A stretch of 64,000 nt of DNA from Elsinoe ampelina (Eukaryota): the NCBI GenBank assembly GCA_010093995.1, contig ML992521.1:62001-126000 (forward strand), given 5' to 3'. This document shows, piece after piece, positions 1-10,756 of the stretch. Made by a program: the position numbers and the translations under genes. The notes beneath the pieces are model-generated. The model had not been told where the DNA came from. It was given only the letters and a program-made list of their open reading frames with translations, and ran no database searches. Numbering within the stretch: position 1 is the stretch's first letter; each line of letters starts with the position of its first letter.

Positions 1-390
1 TCGGACAAAGGGCTTCTATAGTGGCTGATGGCCTTTGTGATTAAGGGAGTACATAGTCCGTCCGTAGAACTCGAATATACTACCACAATTGCTCCTTTAC
101 AATCTCAAAGCCTCGTCCTAAGCAGCCTATATTATCAAACATTTACACAAGGTACGTTGTAAATGGAACGTAGAGGCGTATTTGCTTCTGTTATGTCGTC
201 CTTGGCACCGAACGGAAGCTTACTCGACCAGCCTTGGAGCGGATCTACACATATAAATTACCTCACTGCAGCGCCCATCCTTCACCAAAAACCAAAGAGA
301 TGGCTTCGACGATATGAGCGATCCTCCGCGCGAGATATTCATGCACACTTTCGACAAGATCACATACCAATATTCGACCGCGACCCCGCC

Positions 391-1686
391 ATGAGCGGCC
401 TCCTCCAGCTCTCCGACGTGGGCAAACTCGCGCCGAACGATGACACCCTTCAGATCTTCAGAGACAAGCTCACAGATGCTGTGGGCAGTAACAAAAGGGG
501 CTTTCCAGGCGCACAACCGGTGTCCTTCGCACGAAGACACCTACAAGAATTGAAGGATGCAGAGTCAGTTTCACCGCCTGCTCCACGCTCTCAGAAATTC
601 GTAGGGCATACTGACAAGTTGCAACCTAGCTATTTCGTCTGTGAGAAGACTGATGGCATCCGATGTCTCCTCTTTCTATCCTTCCATGTCACGGCCGATG
701 GCAACACCGAGATGGCCTTTCTGGTAGACCGAAAAAACGACTTCTACTTCATCGATAACCCATCCTTCCACTTCCCCTTGCCAAACCAAGCTCCTGACAC
801 ATTCCATACCGACACGGTCATAGATGGCGAGCTAGTACTTGATACATACCCCGACGGCCGGACCGTTCGACGATATCTAGTTTTTGACTGCCTTGCACTC
901 GACGGCAAGCCCATCACCAACCGAACACTGGACAAGCGTCTGGGTATCTTTGATGCGAACGTCTTCAAGCCCCAACAAGCACTACTGAACAAATACCCTG
1001 AAGAGAAAGAGCAGCAACCCTTTGAAGTCCGCATGAAGAAGCTCGACCGAGCCTACGGCGTGGAGGGCATCTTCAAAGAAATGCCACTCCTCACCCACGG
1101 CAACGACGGTATAGTCTTCACCTGCCGCACCACCCCCTACAAAAGCGGCACCGACGAAAACATTCTTAAATGGAAACCGCCCCACGAAAACACCATCGAC
1201 TTCAAGCTGCAAATCGGCGCCTTCCCCCGCCTCGGCGGCGACACAAACGGCCACACCTTCACCAACGGCACCCCCACCGCCGACGACTTCGACTACGACG
1301 CCTGCCCATCCTTCAACCTCCTCGTCGGCGAAGGCCGCGGCCGCCACTCCGTCTTCGGCACCCTCTTCGTGTCCGACGACGAATGGACCAGCATGAAAAG
1401 CCTGAACCAAATGCTCGACGCGCGCATCATCGAATGCTACAAAGACAGCCAGGGGAGGTGGCGATTCAAGCGCGAAAAAGACGGCACACCGCGATTTCGC
1501 GACGATAAAGACGATGCGAACCACGTTAGTACGGTCCATAGTGTCTTGGAGAGTATCGAGGATGCGGTGTCCGAGCAGGATCTCATTGCGCATGCCGCGG
1601 AGATAAGGGCGAGGTGGAAGCAGAGGGAGGCTGAGGCGGCAAGGCAGGCGAGGGAGCAGCAGCAGCAGCAACAGCGCCCGGCTTAG
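391..1686 (+). CDS. CEG1: mRNA capping enzyme alpha subunit (RNA guanylyltransferase)
   Basis: FPGAQPVSF, motif I YFVCEKTDG (KxDG), DGELV, DGIVF, LKWKP, RFRDDK. Likely ATG at 391; intron 564-629 (GTCAGT..ACTGAC..CTAG) gives KDADYFVCEKTDG. Confidence 0.95.
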   Translation: MSGLLQLSDVGKLAPNDDTLQIFRDKLTDAVGSNKRGFPGAQPVSFARRHLQELKDAESVSPPAPRSQKFVGHTDKLQPSYFVCEKTDGIRCLLFLSFHVTADGNTEMAFLVDRKNDFYFIDNPSFHFPLPNQAPDTFHTDTVIDGELVLDTYPDGRTVRRYLVFDCLALDGKPITNRTLDKRLGIFDANVFKPQQALLNKYPEEKEQQPFEVRMKKLDRAYGVEGIFKEMPLLTHGNDGIVFTCRTTPYKSGTDENILKWKPPHENTIDFKLQIGAFPRLGGDTNGHTFTNGTPTADDFDYDACPSFNLLVGEGRGRHSVFGTLFVSDDEWTSMKSLNQMLDARIIECYKDSQGRWRFKREKDGTPRFRDDKDDANHVSTVHSVLESIEDAVSEQDLIAHAAEIRARWKQREAEAARQAREQQQQQQRPA

Positions 1687-2060
1687 AAGGGGAGGTGGGA
1701 TTCTGGTGCTGGTGCGGTGGCGGCGGGGTGGGCGAGGCAGGGGGATGATAAGAAGTGATGCTTTGAGCGAGACCGGTCGCATGGAGTCACAAGGAAGGCA
1801 TGGTTGGACGACTTTTGATACCCTAAGCGTGGCGTTGGGTTTGCCTGGCATCAGGCACAGGAATGGGATTTGACTTCAATCGCTCATGTGTAGCCAGAAC
1901 AACACTTACGATGCTCACACTCCTGCCAGTGCCAGTGCCAGTGCTCGTGACCATGATAATCATACCACCTAATCCCCACAAAGGGTATCTACTTTTCTGT
2001 GCATATGTATACAAGTCCTTCAACGTACCATTTCCCGCACCCTCCCAAGCCCTTACGTCC

Positions 2061-5000
2061 TCACTCCCCCTCGACATCCTCCATCTCCTCATCCTGATCC
2101 CCTTCCTCGTCCTCATCCTCCACCTCCGCGGCAGACTTCCTACTCCTCGTCGCCCTCGTCGCCGCGCCTCTCGTGACCTTTTTCCCTGCACCACGCAGAG
2201 GCTGCTTCTGCTTCGCCTTCGCCTGGGGTTTCTTCTTCTCCTTCGCCGCGGCGGGAGAAGAGGCCGCAGGTTTGGACGCGGGGGCTTTGCGCTTGCCTTT
2301 CGACGCTGACACGGTCGATGGGACAGGAGTGGCGTCTTCCTCCTCGTCGGTGAGCTGGTCCGAAGGTTCCGCAGGTGGTGGGGTATCGTCGTCGTCTTCG
2401 ACTTCGGCTACCGCTTTTGTCGAACGGGCTTTGCTCCTCGACGTCGGTGTCGGTATTGATGCCGGCTTGTTAGGTCGACTCGGAATGGCATCTTCCATGT
2501 CCTCGTCCTCGTCTTCTTCGCCTCCTTCGGTCTCGCTGTCGTCCATGCCTTTGTAGCTCTTTCCTATGACGCCACGAGAACTCTTCCTCCTCTCGCCTGT
2601 TCCTTCTGCCCCTTCTCCGTCTCCGTCCTCGCGCCAGCTCTTCCTCTTGGGCGTCTTCTTCACTCTGTCTTTCTTAACTCCGTTCGTGGTTGTGCGTGGC
2701 TTCTTTCTTGCGCCGTTTGCGCTCTCGCCTTTTCGTTTCCGCCCTTTGAGCCAGCCACGTACCTCGTCCTCCAGACCTTCCAGCACGGCCTCGTCAGCCC
2801 ACGTCTTCTCTGCTACTTCCTGCGACTTGGCGTGGCCTTTGATCGTTGCGAAGATGCCTGCTGGCATACCGATCTTGTCTCCGGTATATGCGCGGAGCTG
2901 CCAGCCTTGAACGTCGGCAAACTCGCGGATTGTGGCAAGGGCGATGTCGGTCAGGCACCAAAGGCGTTCATTGAAGTTGTCAGGGTCAATGCCGTCTTGG
3001 ACTGTCTTGCAGCGTTGAGCGACGGCGTAGATGAGGGGTAGATTGTCGGGCCTGGCGACTGCGCGTAGGTAGAAGAGGATGTACTGTGCGAACTCGGTCT
3101 GGTGTTCTGGTAAAAGACTGAAATCAGTATGATGTGTGAGAAGGCTGAGGAGTCGGGCGAGGGCGTATTCCATGCTAGAGTCTTTCAGCTTTGCCGCATT
3201 CGCTGCCCGAGCGCGGAGCCAGGTTAGTGTCGGGTCTTTCACAGAGGCGGATGGCTCAAAGGCGAGGAGGAACGTCATTGCGTGGAATCGATTGGGGAGG
3301 CGATTTTGGCCCAGGTATTTCTTGAGGGCCGTGACAAATCCCAGTCTGACTTGAGTAAGCGGATCTTGACCAAGTAGAGCGAGTGTATTGAATGCGTTTG
3401 GCTCGAGCATATGATCAAGCTGTTTGCTTGCACACGATAGCTTGAGCAGAAGAATGCCCGCAGTGACTCGCAAGCGGGACTTCCGATACGCTGGGACTGG
3501 CTGATCGGAGAGTTGCCCGTTGGAGGACAAGAGCTTTTGTAGCAGGCTGTAAACCGGTCTGGCAGTGTCCTGGACAGTCTTGTCTGCGTCTGCACCAGAT
3601 GTCAAAGCTGCGTACCCTCGCTGCCGGTTCACGAGGATTCTGGCAGCCCAGATCTTTGCAGCCGTATCTTCGTCCAGCTCGTCTTTCCATTCAGACTTGT
3701 CATCGTCTGTGGGCTCAGAATGCACCATTAGAACATCCCTGATAGCGATGGTCGTGATGGCGTCGGTCTCGTCCTCTGCCAAATCAGGTGCAGCAAGTAG
3801 CATGACTTGACTCAGTGCCGCAAGTCGAGACATGTAGTTGTCTGATTCGAGGGAGAAATCCTTGGTGCATTTGCTGACAATCTCCTTCACGTACATGTCC
3901 TTCTTTCCCTGACTGGATGCTATCACAGAGACAGCATGTTTGGCAGCCTCGGGTGGATTGCTGTGCAGCGCGTACTGTACCATTGACTCCAGGAGTGCGC
4001 GCTCCTGTGGCATGTCCTGAGGATATTTTTGTGCAAAGCCGGCACAAGCCTTGAGTGTCTGTACCGTGCCGTCGTCAAGCTCGGCGTCAGAATTGGGAAC
4101 GTGCTCAATCAGACTCGTACACATGGTCCGCACATGTGCTTTGAAGACATCGGGGTGATTCTCCGAGATCTCACGAAGGACCTCGTGAGCGACGTTACTG
4201 AAGTCGCTCTCCTCGCGCCTTGAGAATTTAAGGATGGTCGGTACATGGCTTCTGTTGTATACGAGAATGCTGCTTTGGAGGATCATTGGTAGAAGGGTGA
4301 TCAAGATGGATGATGTGTTGCCCGTCGCTTCCGAGAAGCGTTTTTTGATCTCTTTCTGCAGAATGTCAGTATTGTCCATTGGAGGATGTATACACTCCCT
4401 ACGATCGCATTGACGACTTTCTTGTAGTCGCTTGAGACATCGAATGTGAAGCGGATGAGATGGTACGCTCGACGGTCGTGCTTCTTTGCAAACTTCCAAA
4501 GATGATCTGATGCCGTCATGGGCTCAGGGCTGCGTCTTGACAGTCCGTCGATGACTTTGCCCAGTCTGCTTTTGACATCTGTGCCCTCGGAATTGGTCGT
4601 GACACCACCCTACAGATATTGTCAGTCATGCTCGATGTAAGAATAAGGGCCTTCGCAGCTTACGTTCCAATCCTCACAAAGCTTCAAGAACGCCTCCATG
4701 TACTGCCCATACTTGACCTGTTGCTTTTGCATGACGAAGAACACCCTCTTTGCCCTTGTATCCAAGTCTGCACACAGAGCAAGAATACGCTCGGCTCTGA
4801 TGGCGTCAGGATCTGTCCTGGTCGCGCTGGAAGACTGCGACGCTTGGCTATCCTTTATGCGCTGTGAATTGCCATTCGCCTTTGCTGCCGTCTTGTCCTT
4901 GATAGGTGGGTACTGCAGAGGTATGAGATTCTCGAACAAAGCGCTTTGGGCAAGCATGTTCAGGTCTGCATCATTCGCATAAGCTGTCTCCAGAATTTTG

Positions 5001-6761
5001 CTTGGAATCGCACCGAACAGAGCTTGGATGCGTTCGTTTCCCTCTATAATGGCACCTGAGGCCACGCCCCAAAGCTTGCTTGCGAGCTCCATGGCTTCCG
5101 CTCGCACCGGTTGCTTCCTGTCTCGGATCTTGTTGACCAATTGATGTAAGACCGAATCTTCCTCGTCCGCGCCACCACTTGGACCGAGTTTTTGGACGAC
5201 ATCCCCGAAGCTGAAGCCAGCAATGGCTCGCACGGCCGCAAGACGAACTTTGTCATCACTGTCTTGCAAAAGATCCGACAAACACTTCAGCATCCTGTTC
5301 ATCTCATCGCGGTCCAGACCTATGCTTCCAGCAGATGTGAGGAGGATTCGGCCCACTGCAGAAGCAAAAGCAGATCTTACATGAGCGGATTTGTCGTTCT
5401 TGCGACTAATGAAATTGGAATACGCGCCAGGATATGTGGAGCCGAAATCTTGAGGCGCAGCAGGTGCTGTGAGGACGTCGTAGCTCTTTGCTTGCTCTTT
5501 GCCGGACTCCACACTCTGCGAGGGATATGCTGCCGGGTCCAGTGGCTCCGATTCGGGTAAACCAGCTGCGCCAACCCCTGAGACTAAGTCCCCAGTCGTC
5601 TCTACTGCCAGGACTCGGATGTCAACATTTTCCGCGGCAAGTTCAGCCTCTAGTTGTGGCACCACGTTTTGAATACAATCGGGCGAGGATCTCCATAGCT
5701 CACGTAAGAGCTTGTGCGCCTTTGCCAATTCCTTCATGTCTTGTGTGCTCGGTCCTGCAAGTGCTGAGTTGTCTTCGTCGTCACTTTCATCCCCCCGTCT
5801 CCTCTTCTTGCCTGCTGGTTTGGTCTTTGCGCTCATGGCTGAGTCCGATGCATCAACGACGATGGTGCTGAAGTACTGACTGACAGCTCGGGACATGCGT
5901 GATGGGCAGTTTGAGCAGATATTCTTGGCCACGACATACGCTGGAGGGAGCTCTCGTGCTGGTTGCTCGCTAGATCGAGCTCCTTTTCTCGATAGTGAGG
6001 TAAGGCCAGAGTCCGTCCGAAGAAACTGAGCCAAAATGAGCTCCACCACCTCCGCTGGCAGTGTCTCCGACTCTTCAACCAGCGACGAGAGCAAGCTTGT
6101 GAGACTAATCTCCACATTCTTGCCCATTGACTTCTCTCCATCCTCCTTCGAGAAGTCCGTGACCAGGTCGAATACAGTCGCGAAGAGACGGACCATCAGG
6201 CTCTCGGACGATGGAATATCACCCACCAGTACGATGCTCTTAACTTCGTCCAGGGAAGCGACTATGCGCATATGCTGGTTGCTGTATGGGTCTTGAGGAG
6301 AACCTAGTGCCGGTATGACTGTGGTGATTATGTATTCAAAAATTTCCTGATGTTGGTCAACTTCCTACTCTATGCATCCTTGCCAAATGACCAACCTTCA
6401 ATTGCGCGCCGGTATATGGCGCATGTGGCGCTGTGAGGCGGAAGACCTCCACTATACAGCATGCTGCCCATGCTCTCACACCCTTGTCCTTGTGTCCGAG
6501 CACGTTCGCGTGGACCAGGTCTCGCCCTACGGCTTTGACATCATCCTCGGGACATCTTTCTTGGTCGATGGCAACCAGTTCTGCGCTGAGGGTCTTGAGT
6601 CGTTTGAGGAGCTCCGCAACTGCAATTGGCTTCCCGGGTCTCCCTATCAGTTGCTGGTCGAAGTTGAGAGAGTGTTCTCCGGCCTCTCCCTCGGTTTCTG
6701 AATCCTCTGGCTCCACAGCCTCGACTGGAGAGCTAGCTTTCCGACGGCTTCGAGGTGCCAT
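2061..6761 (-). CDS. PDS5: Sister chromatid cohesion protein Pds5/Spo76/BimD (HEAT repeats), multi-exon
   Basis: ORFs 6357-6767, 4622-6271 and 2061-4499 join into one protein. Contains HKDKGVRAWAACC..APHAPYT, LEAELAAENVDIR and EYALARLLSLLTHH, plus a charged low-complexity C-tail. ATG at 6761 (MAPRSRRK). Confidence 0.93.
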
Positions 6762-7305
6762 GACCAAGAAATCGCTCGTATCGTTGCCCTGAGGATACCG
6801 CGATTAAATCTTTGACCGGCGACCAAGAATCGAGCTCAGGGTTCTGTCAGGGATCCGCAGCACGAAGCGAGAGTAGGTGGTTCCAAATCGCGAAAGCGAT
6901 CGCATCGCGTGAGGTCGACGCGCTAAATTGTTGCCAAGCGATTCTCGACTGCGGCTCGAATGCGGGGAATGAGCTATACCTCTTTTAGTAATTTGTGCAT
7001 GTGAATGAGGTGAAGATACTAACGTTATCATTACATGATTACAGTCGCATCAAATTCCAACTTCACGACAAGCATTTACACACTCAAAATCACCGGTGAC
7101 TCTAGCAGTCCGTGAACGATCCCTCATCGGGAACCTTCCACATTGTCAACATCAGCATTAGGCTCTCAGACCGTGTCAGGGTTGCTACAGGTAAACTCTT
7201 GAGCCACAGCTTGCCTGAGCTGTCACGACTGGATGGTCGCATCCTGAAGTTATCGTCTTCGGTTACTGCGACACCACATAACTCTCTTGAGACGCTTTCG
7301 TAACG

Positions 7306-8720
7306 ATGGCGATCAAAGAAAAGAATCCCCTGGTTACCGAAAAGCCATCAGAATCGCCACTTGTGGTGAAGCTGCACCCGCTCGTCCTCATCACAATCAC
7401 AGACTACATATCACGACACACGTTGACGGAGAAGCAGGGCCCGATCGTTGGAGCAGTCCTTGGACAACAGAATGGCCGGGAGGTGACATTGGAGCATGCT
7501 TTTGAAAGTGTCGTCAAGCCAAAGTCGCAGAATGATGGCAAGGAGACTGTCATCATGGATGAACCATGGTTTGGTTCTCGTCTCGCACAATGTAACCTAT
7601 CACGACTTCCTCCCCGGTGAAAGTACTCACTGTATGCAGACAAAGAGGTGCATGCAAACCCACCCCTGGATCTCACCGCCGTCTTCACTTTGGGATCAAG
7701 CAAAGGGCCCGCCCCTGACCATGTGCCAATCGTGCAGCAGGCCAAGGCCAACTACAACGATGACGCACTTCTGATACTGTTCAACCCAGAGATCATCCTC
7801 GATGGCTCTTTGACTGGTGGCAAGCTTCCCATCACGCTATACGAGGCCTTCTACGAACCCGGCACAGAAGACGCCGACAAAGGACTCCAAGTCGACGGCT
7901 GGGGTATGGGTCGTCAGCTACAGCTCAAATTCCGTCAAATCCCCTTCGAAGTCGACACCGGTGACGCAGAGATGATCGCTGTCGACTACGTCGCCAAAGG
8001 CGCTGCCAACGCAAGTCAAGCCGTCGACCCTCGCAAAGCCAGCACAGCCACCACCTCCGCGAAAGGCAAAGGAAAGATGTCCGACATCGACAAAGCCCAA
8101 GAAAACGCCACCCTCTCCCCCGAAGACGAAGAGCGTAAGCCTCCTCCTTCCCCTCTTTTCCCTCCCAATTGACGTTCCTATTAGTCATCTCCTCCCTCAC
8201 CTCCAAAGCCAACGCCATCAAAATGCTGCACACCCGCATCAACCTCATCAAAACCTATCTCTCCACCCTCCCACCATCCTACCTAACCAACGCCTCCTTC
8301 CACCCCACCCCCGACGCTCCTCTCCCCCACGTTCTCCTCCGACAAATCTCCTCCCTCCTCTCCCGCCTCCCCCTCCTCGCTCCACCCACCGCCGGCGCCG
8401 CAGACCCCGAAACCACCGACGTAGGCCTCACCACCCTCCTCGCTGCCCTGACCCAGACGGTGGCGGACACGAGAGAACTCACGCAGAAAGCGAATGTAGT
8501 CAACCGTGCGAGGATGGATAGGAAACAAGCTCAGCTTGCGCGAGAGGCGGGGGAAGGCGGGAGGGGAGGTAGTGGGGGAGGGGGAGAGGGAGGGTTTGGA
8601 CGGTATATGAGGGGGCAGAGAGGGGGCCAAGGGGGTGGGTTCGGAGGGGTGTCGGCGCCGTTTGCGCCTGAGGAGGGGGGGTTTGATAGTGGTCTTGATG
8701 GGGGGGAGGATGGGTATTAG
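7306..8720 (+). CDS. CSN6: COP9 signalosome subunit 6 (MPN- domain)
   Basis: VKLHPLVLITITDYISRH, GAVLGQQNGREVTLEHAFE, TGDAEMIAVDYVAKG, ANAIKMLHTRI. Introns 7592-7639 and 8135-8184; Gly/Arg-rich tail. Confidence 0.92.
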
Positions 8721-9150
8721 GGTACCTTGCGGCGGATCTTGAAGGGAGGGAGGAGGTGGAGAGGAGACTGACGATGGCGTGTCTACTTTGCTGGACGCAA
8801 GGATTTGGCAGTAGTGCAGGTCCTGGCGATGGAAATGTAGCTGGAGATCCCGTGTGAGGAGGGAAGCTAGTCAGTGGACTTGCTGAAGTCTCACTCCTTG
8901 CACTCAAAAGCGACAGTGCAAAGCTGAATTCTTCCATGGACGAGTGGAGCATGATCACGACCAAATAGCATATAGACAGCCCCCATTGACGAATTACATT
9001 TCTCACCATCGTCGCGACTGTCCATACTCCCATGCAGGATTGTACCTTTGCCTATAGCTGCTGGCTATCATCGCGCGTAAGGTCGTCCCGTAGACCTCTG
9101 AATTGTGGCTGATATCGTACGCCCCTTTCCCCGTGGCCTGGGGTCAAATC

Positions 9151-10194
9151 CTACCAGCATCTCAAATCTCCCTCGTCCCAGTGGTTATTCTCTCCATCGG
9201 TCCCTGCTGCCTCCGCTCCTTGATCTCTGCTCCTTGATCGCACGACCATGCTCCCTTTCGTCCAGATCCCGTCTTTACCGGATTTGCGGTTTGCCCTGGT
9301 AGTTTCTTCCTGTTCTTGCACAAAGTCGTGATGGGCTCTGGTAGTGATTTCGCCGGTCAAACGCTCGTTGGGAGTGACGCCTTCATCGTTGTACTCTGTT
9401 CGGTCGCAGTCAGATCCCGTCCCTTCATGTGTCGCGGACCAGGAAGCCCAACCGGCTTCCTCCGAAGCAATGGCAGAAGCATAGTCCCAATACTCACCCT
9501 CCTGATGGACAGTCTCCTCAGTGTCCTCCAGCAGCGGCTCCGTGTCAGAATGAAAGACCGCGTTGTTCCCCTCGACGAATGCCTGGAGGGACTCAGCAAT
9601 AGCGGCCCCTTCGTCGTCGGGTCCCAGGTCAATGATATCCTGATCTTCTTCCTCTTCCTCACCCACGGAGGGCTCGACCACATCCTCTGGCTTGACTTCC
9701 ATCCTGAGTAAACTTCCTCCGTTCAACCTCGGACTCTTCACAGGCCTGCGTAGTGGCTTCTCCTCATCCGGCCAGGGCACGGGGTACTTCTTCAATAACT
9801 CGGTCCCGAATTCGAAATCTGTGTCTTTCAGATGACGTAGCACCTGTCGAGCTTCCCCCAACCTCTCCTCGATCTTCTTGATCGTTTCCTCTTCAGGCAC
9901 CTCCAGCTCGAGCATGACTTCCAACGAGTGAGTGAAGTTGTCGATCATCGCCTGCAGTGCGTCCTTGTCCTTGTAGCGCTGGTCCACGTCGCGGTGAGCC
10001 GCGCAGACAGCGCAGAGCTTGTGCTGGCGAAAGGTCATGCCGGAGTTGCCGTGGCAGTAGACCCTGGTGTCGGTGTAGGGCCGACCGGCGTCGTCGAAGC
10101 CGGTCTTTTGGCAGCCGAAGGTGCCACGGCAGACGGAGGGCCGTTTCTTGACCTGGCAGCCGCAGTCGTATGCCAGGTAGATGGTGCGGCACAT
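9151..10194 (-). CDS. Hypothetical protein with N-terminal Cys/His cluster, coiled coil and acidic C-terminal half
   Basis: Single ORF from ATG 10194: MCRTIYLAYDCGC..C..C..CH..HKLCAVC, a possible zinc-binding module. No family recognised. Confidence 0.6.
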   Translation of the reverse strand: MCRTIYLAYDCGCQVKKRPSVCRGTFGCQKTGFDDAGRPYTDTRVYCHGNSGMTFRQHKLCAVCAAHRDVDQRYKDKDALQAMIDNFTHSLEVMLELEVPEEETIKKIEERLGEARQVLRHLKDTDFEFGTELLKKYPVPWPDEEKPLRRPVKSPRLNGGSLLRMEVKPEDVVEPSVGEEEEEDQDIIDLGPDDEGAAIAESLQAFVEGNNAVFHSDTEPLLEDTEETVHQEGEYWDYASAIASEEAGWASWSATHEGTGSDCDRTEYNDEGVTPNERLTGEITTRAHHDFVQEQEETTRANRKSGKDGIWTKGSMVVRSRSRDQGAEAAGTDGENNHWDEGDLRCW

Positions 10195-10756
10195 GGTGGG
10201 CACCTTGGGGGGTCAGTCTTCGTGTGAAGTTCGAGGTGATCCGGTCGCCGAGTTCCAGTGAGCTCCAGTGTGCGATGACTGGTAGTTTCCAGAGGGCAGG
10301 TACTACCAGAACGGCGGCGGCGGCGGCAGGGGCGAAATGACGAAAACCAGAAAGGGAAGGGACGACTCACCACTGACTTGACCAATTTCTCATGCGCCTT
10401 CTGGTAGGATATCCGGCCTGCTGGTAGGACCGTGGCTGCTTGCTGGTAGTAATTAGGGAGGTGAGGAGGTGGGTGGCAATGGTATAGAGCTTCAAAAATG
10501 AAGCTCGACAAAAAATCTGGTAGGTATAGAAAAATTGTGTGTGCGACGGGAAGAAACGATAGCATTAGGAATACGACTCATGCAGAGTCTTCTGGTATCA
10601 TCTTTCACATGCTCAGATCCACCCAAACTTGCCAAATGCATGTGATGCAGCCACTCTCTTGCCCTTTTCCAAACGCCGATGTTGGAGCCCGTAGTGCTGC
10701 GCTATGTTGCCAAATGTGTAGTCGTATAATCATTAATCGTGAGAGGGAGGTGGTGT

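Noticed and set aside
163..390. N-terminal extension of the CEG1 ORF from ATG 163
   Set aside because: Reads like promoter or UTR (TATAAA near 252); the ATG at 391 has good context and fits the expected protein start.
982..1851. 289-aa antisense ORF over CEG1, and similar shadows such as 26214-26903, 49068-49769 and 63009-63701
   Set aside because: Antisense shadows of GC-rich, codon-biased real genes, with no motifs of their own.
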